NCBI RefSeq assembly: GCF_964355755.1
Contig: NC_092675.1
Coordinates: forward strand, 3,715,812-3,779,811
Length of the DNA stretch: 64,000 bases
DNA from: Antedon mediterranea
Taxonomy: Eukaryota > Animalia > Echinodermata
Direction: 5' to 3'
The position numbers were made by a program, and so were the translations under genes. Positions within the stretch are counted from its first letter, which is position 1. Every line of letters starts with the position of its first letter. Of this stretch, positions 11,409 to 22,792 are shown one piece after another. Under the pieces are notes generated by a model that saw nothing but the letters and a program-made list of their open reading frames with translations, was not told where the DNA came from and did no database searches.

Positions 11409-14400
11409 ATAGTGTTTATATAAATTATTGTATTTAGTATAGTATACAAATAATGAATGTTTATGAGTTGGATGAGTCGAACAATTGACTGTTCTATCTT
11501 TAACGAGGTACAACTGAGTTGAAAATAGAGAGCAGTCAATTTTTCATCTAATGAAATATTCTCTCCATTCAACGAATAAAAAACATTCATTATTTGTTTT
11601 ATATTATTAGAGCGCGTTAATAGCACCATTATATATCACTTTTCCGTTAGGTAGGGCTACTATTCCAAATGACTCGTGATGCGTATTTAACCAATCAAAT
11701 TGCAAGAATACAATCAGGTGTGTTATGATTTTAGGAAAGTATATACCGCTGTTTTTTTATTAATTAGGCCTATATCATAATTATGCAAGAAACGATACTG
11801 AAAATATTTGTTGTTGTTTATTATTTATTTCTTCTTTTAATACTTGGTCTTCAGTATACGACACTGTTTTCTCCGATGATCCAGTGTCATGGAATAGCAC
11901 ATTTTGGATCGTTATCGTGTAGGCCTACATTATACGGCGCCCTATGATTTGGTTTTCCGTGCCAGTACGTCCAATAAAAAAATGTGAACGAGGCGTGACG
12001 TTTAAATTGAATAGAACTATTATAAGCTCTACCAATTCTTGAATGGGAACAACATTTCCAATGCATGTCGTCACAATCAACCAATCACATTATAAAATGT
12101 TATAAGTAGGCCTACCTTCTTGTTCATCATAAAAATATAATTGCATCAATTCATTTCACTTGAAATGTATACTTTATTACAAACAACACACAACATAAAT
12201 GCGAATCTCAAATACTGAACCATAAAACTACGAAAGCGTTCAAAAAAAATTCCAGAAACAGTCTTTACACAACTTCGTCAGAACAGCACCTAAAAACGGT
12301 AGTTCTATGATGTGACTTTTATGCCTTTTCAATACACAATGCAAAAATGCGATTGCTGTGTATAAATAGACCTATCCTAATAATAGATAAGAGGATTGTA
12401 ATTTAAAAAAAGTGATTGTTAATGTATGGAAAAGAAGGCTTATAAGCTTGGTTACCACTAACATAAAAATGCTACGCAACGCAAGAAAAAACTCTTCTCA
12501 ATTTCGCATCCCCCTCATATACGAGAAGTTGAATCAGCGCTTTTGCGAAGGTGTTGTGTTCGGTTCCCACACGCAAGAAGATTATTAATATTTCTAAAGG
12601 ACATACTATCAAACAACTGCAATTTAAAGCAAAAAAATAGTCAGTTTTTTTGTTAAATTTACCCGTTTACAGTACAGTATTTTACCTTTTTTTACGGCCT
12701 ATTCAAAGTCTAATTTTATTAATCTTCCTTATTCATGTTTTTGTGGAGACACATCTTTAAAGTACAGTATATATAAAATCTGGTCCCCATGGTACCTTAA
12801 GTTAAATTTGTAACCTTTGCTATCTTAGGTCAACATCATCAATGTGTTTCTCAATAAACTACAAGTAAACATGTTTTCCTAATATTGTATTTTTCTTTTA
12901 ATTTTATTTTAGAATATGTAGGCGAAATTCAATGATTTGTGTTTGTAATTTATATGTTTGCAATATCAAATATACATATGCCACAATTAAAAGTATAACC
13001 TTAATATTTGTAATTAGCATACTGTTTATGTTTATAACATCAGATTCTAGGCTGGATTCTTAATTGTATTTACGAGACGAAAACATAGTTACCTCGCACG
13101 ATGCGAGACGGTTGGTAACTATGCGAAAACAAACGTGACAGACCATTCAAGTTTCAGACTATAACTAAGTTTATTGCAAATATTGAACATGTGCACAACT
13201 AACAAAAATAACAAGTCCTATTAACATCTCTTCTATACTTTAAATGCTTTATCTTAAACAACACTAACTAAAACCAAAGAATATATATCACAAGAATGAG
13301 TAATCCGCGATTTTCCCTGTAACAGTAATATTGTCCATGTGGTAGGGCGCCGCCATAAGTGTGGATGTATCTGGGATGTATACAACTTTTTGTGAAGGTT
13401 TCACTAATCAAAGGCTGGACCACCGGAGTATTTTCCGATGATAAAAATGTTATCAACTACATGCCAACATCATGTTAAATACTATTTGGATATTTAATTG
13501 TTCGTTTTATGCAATTTATTTAGTAAAAACTGCCGTATAAACAGTTTGCTTTATCAACAGGGCGCTACGATAGCGTGAACGGGCGTGTTGGTGTTTACGC
13601 GTTTTCACGAAGGATAGTTTAATAATATTCCTATATTTAACTTGTTTCTGGTAAAACAAATAAATGTTAATGACATTTAACATTTTCTCCTTTTAATAAC
13701 ATGTGTTTTATACTAATTTATATCATAAAAACAATACTTAATTTACCGGGCGTAGAGTAGTACACGGCAATGGTAAAGAATAGGCCGTGCTGAGTAATAT
13801 TCGTTGATTTTTGGTGTTGCTGTGTTAGGCCTTTTTTGTGAACTAACTTAGCATGTTAGTAAATAATTGTCTGTAAAAGTGAATAAACACTAGTTTGTTA
13901 ATAAATATGTATTATAAAATAGTTTACAATTGCAAAAACTACCATCATAATTCTATTTATTGTGACACGTATCATGTCTATTAAATCAAGTCTTATCTAG
14001 TATGTATACATCACTCACTGGAGCTCTCTGTTACAAATTTCTCATGCAAAAATCGCGGAATACTCATTCTTGTGATATATATTCTTTGCTAAAACTAGAT
14101 TCAATTCGTCACTATGGCGAATTATAGGTTATATGCATTGATTTATATACAGATAGTTGATTTTTAAAAGATATATTGATTGATTGACTTTGTCTGAATT
14201 ATTTATAATATATGAACGATAGGATCTTGCTAATGCAAATACTAATAGCCAGTATCACAATCCGATCAAAGATCCCTCCGCGTATAATTTCATTGTTACA
14301 TAATACTAAAGACATAAGTTACTTTTTCTCTAGATTTCATTATACATCATGCGTATAATCTAGCAGTAGAAGTAAAATTGAACAAATAACACGGATATAA

Positions 14401-15160
14401 AAAAAAATTATTTCGTTTCGTTTGCCAAGCCTCGACTCGACTCGATCTCGGTACCTTGAATGCTATAGACGCGAGCACAGACCAACGAGAAATACATACT
14501 AAAGTTGTAGAAAGTTCCTCCGTGAATTTAGTATGAAATCACTTTGGTGCAGATAAAGTATTACATACCGCAATGAATCATAATTGAATCAAGATGAAAC
14601 TATTAAAGAAAGGTTGTAAAACAGAAATCAGGCAAATTAAAGTTTAACGCGAAGTGCGCGTGCAAAAATCTGCGCACTCATGGCAATTTTTTTAACTCTT
14701 AAAATTGCCTGAAACGTACTCTAATTTTATCGAAAATCAATTTTAAAAATTGTAAGCGCGCGTATGCATGGGTTATATGCACTACGCACGTACTTGTATT
14801 GCCATATGATGAAATATGACCTGAAAATTATGAGTACCATCTAGGTCGTGCCCACAGATGGTTCTCGAATGCACAGTAATTTCAACGTAAAAAAAGCAGG
14901 CGATTTCAAAAATACATACCGCAGGACTATTAAACATTGTCATTTACAGAAACAAATAAATAGAAATAATGATTTATGTAGTCAACCAAAATTAGCACCC
15001 TGGGAATTACTTCCGAAAGAGAAATTTGTCACAAAATGAGTTCAAATTTCTGATTTGGACTCATTTAAACAAACCCAATTTTATCTAACATTAGAGTTGA
15101 GGGTTGGGAATGAGGATAGGTACAAAGAGGAACAATTTTTTAATATATACTTTATATTAA

Positions 15161-15748
15161 AGCTCAGATACAGGCATGAATTTTTAATACGATATGTGGT
15201 TAATTGTACAAAATCGAGAAATTGAGACGAAAAAAACATGAATTTCCCTTAATATGGTCAAATACAAAATTTGGCCAAATTCTTCCATAAAAACCAGGAA
15301 GACTTTTTTTCAGTAGTTAGGTAGTTAACCTAATGTAAAACATGTCTGGTGACTCCCTAGATGGTGAAAAAATATGGTGGATATACGGTGGAGAATTTTT
15401 GCTATAGCATGAAAATAAAAATCTGAAGTTGAATAAAAATATCAGAAATGTAATATTCAAGTTATATTACCTATATTTAGTCATCTGATAACATTTTTTA
15501 CTACACCGTTTATTTTTCATAGCTTTTTAAAATGCCTCTCTATTTACAAAATTTGTGTACAAAAGAATAGAGATTTTAATGTGTAATTTGAACTATCCCC
15601 CCACTGCCTGATAAGAAAGTGCTTATTTTCAACAAGCTCGTGTAACACAAATAAAATCCCAAAAATTATGAAACATGAAACACGAAACTATAAATCGATA
15701 ATTATTGGAATGTATGATCAATAGAAATTTTTTGCCCGCACCTGGCCT
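15161..15748. mobile_element. TTAA-flanked non-autonomous DNA element (Kolobok-like)
   Basis: TTAA at 15157-15160 and 15749-15752, AG...CT ends with imperfect TIRs. Absent from the sister Helitron copy near 40550. Confidence 0.6.
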
Positions 15749-15978
15749 TTAAATTATTCTTTATATTTCTTTATTATCCAGTAACGAAATATTTTTTTTA
15801 TAGGCCTATAAATAATATACCACTAAATAGAGTAAAACATTTCCGATTTAATAACTGTCATAGTCGATTGAAATAATAAAGTACATGTAACGATACACCA
15901 CTACGACATTTATATTTGTTGTACGTATAATTAATTCAAACGTTGAGAAGCAACTGTAGGGGCTACCCACACTCACAG

Positions 15979-17610
15979 CAGGCCCGTATCCAGGGGGGGT
16001 GCGTTGGGTGCAGACGCACCCCCCCAAGTCCCAAAAGGTCCACTATTTCCTCGGTTGGTATTTTTTCTTGTCTTGTTTAACTAAAGACAATATCATTATA
16101 TATATACAAAATTTACATTATCAATGGTATACAAACAAAAATATGCTAATATAAAATGAAAAAATACCGGTAATTAAATTACGGAATCTGAACTGACTAC
16201 AAACTCGATGTAAAACATGCGCAGTTGATCATGTGACGACAAGCAATAGCTTAGCGCTTCATGTACGCGGTACGCGGTAAAGTGTTTGCTGGAGAAATAC
16301 AACTTAACGTCAGCGAACACGTGTACTTTTTGTCGGGGAATATAATATACAGTAAAAAGCGTTCGCGTTCACTTCGTAGCTAGCTTCAGCGCCTAGAAAA
16401 CCGCGACGTTTCATTGACCGTGAGAGTACGTCAGAGTGATATTATGCACTTTATATGCATTCATTATTGCCAGCGATCTAACTTACTACTAAACAATAGC
16501 TAGGTACGCACTTGTCTGGCGGTATCCCTTTGTACGAATCGTTCAACGTTGGGTCGAGACGCGTGATATCAAGTTTCATCCAGGGACCAAAATGTGTAAT
16601 GTGTTATTTTCCAGACGAAGTTTACCGACGGTTACGTTGTGTACTGCGTCGACGTACGCTACACTACAGCAAAAATTTTCAATATCCTGTATGTCATGAA
16701 TTTCTCACCACTCGGAAGTCCAGATGGTACGCATGCAGCACACACCTGGAAGGAATAAACTTTTTTCCCCGACTGAAAAAGGTCTACGCTTGCGTTTTTT
16801 AAGCCTCTAGGCCTGATGTTTCCAAAGTATAAAATGCAATTTTTTGAAGACCTGCAGCTCTAGTTTTAAACATTTTCTTAGCTCAGCCCCAACAATAAAG
16901 CTGGTCATATTTCGAAGAACAAGAAGTACATTTTCCGGGACCTAACATCTCTATTTTTCAAACATTTCTTAGCTCAGTCACAACCCATGATAGGGACTTA
17001 ATTATATATTTTTTTTCATGTTTTAAAGTATAATAAGTCCAATTTCCGGGACCTCCAACTCTATTTTTCAAAATTTTCTTTGAACTTTTATTTTTTAAAT
17101 TGAAAAATATGGATTGAAACAGTCATCGCGCATCGTTTTTTTGCACGCAGTATTTTATTTATGCATTATAAAAAATGGAAAAAAATGGCTACCCTAAATC
17201 TGATTAAAAAGACCTCAAATGACGCTAGAACGCGTTGCTTCCGGGGGCTTCGCCCCCTGGACCCCCACCGGGGGCCCTTGGCGGCCCCTGGCCCTCAGCC
17301 TAGTGATGCTCGCTTCGCTCGCATAGCCCCCTCGTCGGGGAATGTAGCCCCCGCGTCGGGAAGATCCTGGCGCCACCCCTGCTGAGTTGGCCTCATCATG
17401 AAAGCGTTAAGTTCTGGTGTCCATCGTTCAACTAGCCCAAGCCACAACAGAGAGTCTTACATCAGTCTTTAGAACGTCAAATAACGCAAATTTTTCCAGG
17501 GCCTTCGGCCCCTGGACCCTGACCGGGGGCCCTTGGCGGCCCCCTGGCCCCCAGCCATTGTTGCTCGCTTCGCTCGCACCTCCCCATTATAAATGCTGCA
17601 TACGGGCCTG
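15979..17610. mobile_element. Non-autonomous DNA transposon, CAGGCCCGTAT TIRs, 6-bp TSD
   Basis: TIRs CAGGCCCGTATCCAG / CTGCATACGGGCCTG. TSD TCACAG at 15973-15978 and 17611-17616. Internal GC-rich direct repeats at about 17240-17320 and 17495-17577. Confidence 0.8.
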
Positions 17611-19375
17611 TCACAGTAATAAAGTTTATTAGTATATTTTTGTTTATATTATATCTAACAGTACCAACACACACAATAAGAAATTTACGATTCAAATGGC
17701 GATCAAAAGTGGTTAATACCTATTTACAGTATTGATAGCATTACAATACTATTTATGCTTATTCTCCATGGGCCCATAAATGTAACTACTTGCGTTAAAC
17801 CATGGAGGTATGCAAGCATGGTTAAACCAAATAATTTGGAATGTTCCATTCATTGCAAATCAATACATTTGTATAAACGTATATTAAATCTATCAAAATA
17901 GTATTTTTTTAAAGAAAATCGGCCTGTCTTCAACATTATGATGCTATACTCGAGCTGTTCAACCGGTTTTCAGCCATTAAAAACAATTATCGAAAATGCG
18001 AAGCATCCTCGTATTATTGTATGCGGATATATTTCAAGATGGACATGCATTAGACAGTGTATACCACGATCGGAAAACACCCCTATTTGGGGCAAATCGT
18101 TGAACCTAAATTCATTTCAATTGCCAATAACTAATTATCGAACTCAATTTAATTAGTTAACAGGGTTACATCAGGTGGTTAAAATCAGTATCAACTTTAT
18201 ATACCATCGAGTAAACATTCTAGAAATAACGCGCGATTTACCAAACTTTGCCCTTACGTAAATTTATATATAGATGCTTGTGAAGATTGATTACAAACGT
18301 GATTTAAATCGTGACCGTGTAATTCTTAATTGCACACCATGAAAAGATAACCAAAACGATTCCTGGCCATAAGGATATACTCTGAAAAATTTAAGATGAA
18401 ATTTATCTCAAGATAATTGACAGACAAAGTAGTGCTAAGGAAAGAGTAAATGAATAAAGATCCAATACAAAAATTGTACCTAAGTCGAGTCAAAAAACGA
18501 TATTAAATTGTGTACAAGCAACAACTTTGTAACATACACAATCTATTTTTACAAAATTGATCAAAACGATAATTATATAGAAGATTATGGAAGTTATAAT
18601 AATAATAATAACTTTATTGAACATACGCCTTTAAATCGGCGGCACACGTTCTTCTGGACGGTGCGTTCTTACATACATTACATACATAAAGTTAGCCAGA
18701 AGGCTAAATAAAAGTATAAAGAGAAAATAAAAGAAAAAACATTTAAATGAAAGGAAACGAATTGTATAAAAAGAAACTAAAGAGCAAAAAGTACAATACT
18801 TAACTTTGATGGAGTGTTATTATTTATTATTAGTATTATTATCAATGTTATTAATGTTAATTTTAAAGAAAATATTATTAGACCTATTATTAAAAATGTC
18901 ATTTAATTTAAATATTATATTGTTTATTATTATTTAATTATTTATGTTCTTGTTAATACTGTTTATCATTTAATTATGTTATGAGTTATGATCTTTATTT
19001 GTTATTTAGTTAAAGTGGTATTATTTTTATTATTATTTTGATTTTCCTAATTTTAAAATTTAATCTTATTTTTAGTGTTTTATTAACCATTTTACCTCCT
19101 GATTTAATTGTGTTTTTAAAGTTTTGTAAATATAAAGTTAAAGTTTCCATGCATAAGTTAAGTGTTGTTTACAATGATGATACAAAATACAGATATAAAT
19201 AAAAGGCCTAAAATGAACAGAAATTACATTTGCAAAATTAACAAAATACATTATAAAGTTAAACATAAGAAATAAATGAATGACAAGGCATTTTAAAATC
19301 AATTGATACAGTAAAAAAAAAAAAAATAAAAAAAAAAAAAAAAAAAAACAACAACAGCAACAGAAATTTAGTTAG

Positions 19376-22300
19376 TTAGCTGGCACCACCTTGGCCCATC
19401 AGTCTTTCAAGGGCGAGTTGTATAAGACCACCTGTAGCTGTGAGTGCCCTTATGTTTGCATCCCTATCTAAAAAACCTATACTTGCTAACTGTTCTAGTT
19501 GAGTCCGAAATTTAACCTCTGGAGCCTGAAAAGAGAGATTAATTGAACTTTAGTGTTTTTGCATCATGACTACATTCTGAAAATTTTTTTTTTTCTAAAT
19601 TAATTAATTACTTTTCTGTAGCATGTACAAGGGGCATTATAAGCAAAAGATTTAAGCGTACAGCCCTAGAAAAAATAATAATTTTCAAAAGCATGTACAA
19701 GGGGCAGTATTAAAATCAAAGCATACAGCCCTAGAAAAAAATAATTTAAAAAATAAGGATACAATATAAATATAGAGAAAAAAGATAAAATTAATTATCT
19801 AATAATCATAATCTAATTGATGATGATGATGATGATGCATTAGGCCTACAGTTAATGATATCTATAATTATGGTAAACAATTTTGAAAAGTACACAAATA
19901 TCATTATCTTGTGTGAAAAACAAATGTACACAAAAGAAAATAAAAATTATACCACTGCTGGAGATAGAGAATGAGCAAACTTGTCAACCAGATCTGATTT
20001 ACTAGCATTTCCAGGAACCGACACCTTCTTGTTTGCCAAATATTGGAAAAGGCATGACCGACTTATTTTCTTGCGGCTAAGTAGCTCAGCTGCGCTTTCA
20101 GTGTGGTTAAGAATGCTTTCAATTGTTTCTGCAAATTTGATTTTAGTGAAATTTAAAACAAATGCTTATTATAGTATAGTATATGTAATTTCAGACAGGT
20201 CGGAAGTTGGATAAATTAGTCTATTTGATAAACTAAGAGCAAGACAGCTAGCTAAGTTTGTAAGTCTATGCCCCTTCTAAGCATAGTTGTTTGGACTTGA
20301 CCTGGATGGAACCATGGAGGTAGGAGAGAGCTTAAATGCATGTAAGTAAGCAGCGGGTACTGCACCAACAGGATTTTAATTGTTTGTAACTACTGTGTGG
20401 AGTAGCTTTGCATCAGGGTGTGAGTAATTGGTCAGATGTTTTGCCCTACTCTGACGTAATTTTTACTACTAAGTACATTGAGAATATAATACGCAAGTAA
20501 TTCTCGGGTGGGACTCGAACCCACGACCTCCAGATCACTATCCGGCGTTCATACCTCTAGATCACCGAGCTGATGGCTAGAGGTAGATTCGAGTCCAAGC
20601 AGCGGGTACTGCATCAGCAGGATTGTAATTGTTTGTAACTATCAGGTGCTGTGGAGTAGATTTGCGTTAGGGTGTTGAGTAATTTGTCGCAAGTATTCTC
20701 AATGTACTGTACTTAGTATTAGTATAAAGTACAAATTACGTCAGAGTAGGGCAAAACATCATTAAACATTATCAATAATGTTAAAATATGCCTAGGCCTA
20801 ATATGATTATTAATGTATGGCCAGGTAGCGATTTTTTTTTTCGTACATAAGTTGGGGACCCCCTCATGGAACGTCACAAAATAAACATGAATAATTCATC
20901 AGTTAAATGTTCTTGTTCCGTGTGCACCCAAGCGTATAGCAACAAGAAGTGATTACACAAGTGCGGTACGATTCTAGGCCTATCTCCGCTGTTGTTGCGG
21001 CGTGCGATTTCATAGAAGAATAGCGGCGTTTTGTGTGGATTGTCGAAATAATCAGCCTTTAGTTTATGGTGTTTTTAATATAATTTATTACTAAAGAATT
21101 ACGTGTTAAAACTATAGTTTCTATTAATACTATTAGGCCTAATTATTAGTCTCTAAACCCATGTCTATTTTAGTAGTACAGTAGTAGTAGTAGTAGCTGT
21201 GTGACGTGTGTGTGTTAGGTATGACCAAAGATAGTTACACTTACTATCTTTGGTATGACACAATCCGAGTAATAAGTCAGCAAAATTAAACAATAAACAT
21301 TACACAAAAATACATTTTTGATTCTCGTGGGTGAAATCTTCCCATCTCATGTGTTCATATACGCGCATTTTTAAAATTCCTTTGAGTACATGCATATTGT
21401 TTGATAATAAAATAGCAGAATTAAAAAAATACAGTACACAAATTATACACATTCTTTATTCTTGTGGGTCTAAGCTTTCTTTGGGCTATGTCCAATGAAT
21501 TACTACTAGTTTAATGTCTTGCCTAGCTGTCGATTAGCCTCGACTCGACACATTTTGTGTGAAGAAGAGTGCGCGAAGGCAATCACGTGAATTGACTTGG
21601 AATCCTAGGCCTACTGTAGAAAGTATCGTATCGCAGTTGTGTAATCACTTTTTGTTGCTATACGCTTGGGTGCACACGGAACAACAAATTTAACTGATGA
21701 ATTATTCATGTTTATTTTGTGACGTTTCATGAAGGGGTCCCCAACTTATGTACGAAAAAAAAAATCGCGGCCAGGTAGGCAGTTTTATATTTTTAATAAT
21801 AATATGCATACATAACTACGGTACAGTAATTTTATTTATTTATTTGCATTTTTGACTTAGGAAAGAAAAATAATTGTTGCAGGCTTTGCGTTGTTAGGAG
21901 AGTAACACAAACCAATGCCGACAAGAAAGGTAGATTTCAATTACAAATTCAACGTGCCTTCAACATTGACATCAGATCAAATACAATAGCCGGTATCACA
22001 GTCCGATCAAAGATTCCTCCGCGTAGGAATGTCATAAAAGACTCTTATAAGAGGTCAATAACATCATTAACCTCACTTCCGGTCATTTTGGGATAAAATA
22101 TTTCATTACACTTACACCAAATAAAAATATGCATGTTCTGAACAATTTGGGCCTAATCCCAATTTTCTATGATAAGCCATTACCGAGATATGATAAGACC
22201 AGGTCAAAGGTCAAACTGCCAGAAACTGCAGTAGCGAACATTTTTTGACAAAATTTTCTGTTAGAGTAAATAGGAATGTATATATCGTGAACTATTTGAC

Positions 22301-22792
22301 ACCAAAATCAATACTCTACGACAAGCGGTTACAAAGTTATAGACAAATTAAAATGGCAGCCATTTTGGACGCCATCTTGAATTTCTCGGAGAGCACAATG
22401 AGGATTTTTCAGGACTTTTAGTATGATGTTCCAACCATAGTTCTGGACCTTTCCTGAAAAAATTAGCTTGTTACCAGAAATGTCCGGGTCAAACCCTATG
22501 CTCTTGGACTATTATAATAATAAAGACATACGTTACTTTTTCTCTAGATATCATTATACATCATGCGTATAATCTATACACTAATTTTATGAGCATCATG
22601 GCGGACTACAGTACTACTACAAGGTTTATCGAGTTGTTTCGGGAATTTCCCGTCCGGTACTGCTGCCTTACCTTCCACTGAGTGAGTTTTAATAAGCTTG
22701 CTTGTGATAGTATCTTTTAACAATATCAATTCTTTCTCTGGCAAATACCTTAACAAACGTCTGAATTCCTCTTTTTCCTCTTCATTAAGCAT
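19376..22792 (-). CDS. Chimeric ORF: C3orf38 N-terminal domain fused to a ubiquilin-derived UBA domain, 148 aa (expression unproven)
   Basis: Exons 22792-22672, 20128-19953 and 19525-19376. All GT-AG, phases 1 and 0, no internal stops or frameshifts. Exons 1-2 parallel 5886-5317; exon 3 parallels 31159-31016. Confidence 0.7.
20348..20760. repeat. Composite repeat: direct and inverted repeats around a tRNA-like sequence
   Basis: Direct repeats at about 20348-20430 and 20597-20685. Inverted repeats at about 20435-20485 and 20696-20760. Confidence 0.7.
20503..20570 (-). pseudogene. tRNA-derived sequence (possibly Thr-like), probably non-functional
   Basis: Minus strand has acceptor-like CTCGG/CCGAG, T arm GTGGG-TTCGAGT-CCCAC, and an anticodon stem CCGGA/TCTGG with only a 6-nt loop. 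Confidence 0.55.
20828..21768. mobile_element. MULE-like MITE, about 130-bp TIRs, 9-bp TSD
   Basis: TIR starts GCGATTTTTTTTTCGTACATAAGTTGGGGACCCC. TSD GGCCAGGTA at 20819-20827 and 21769-21777. Confidence 0.85.
22030..22511. mobile_element. Non-autonomous DNA element fragment (Academ-like ...CTA end)
   Basis: Interrupts a sequence that is contiguous at about 14245-14365. Contains AAAATGGC.GCCAT motifs like the 23095-28997 TIRs and ends GGACTA. Confidence 0.4.

Larger units (their letters stand above)
14833..18274 (-). mobile_element. Non-autonomous Helitron-like element (3' end truncated) carrying nested insertions
   Basis: Reverse-complement copy of 39652-40842. The 5' end A|TCTATATATAAAT is at 18274. 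Confidence 0.7.

Noticed and set aside
17161-17695. GC-rich Pro/Gly/Arg ORFs
   Set aside because: Translations of subterminal repeats of the 15979-17610 element.
20503-20570. Functional tRNA gene
   Set aside because: 6-nt anticodon loop, incomplete acceptor stem, and embedded in a repeat.
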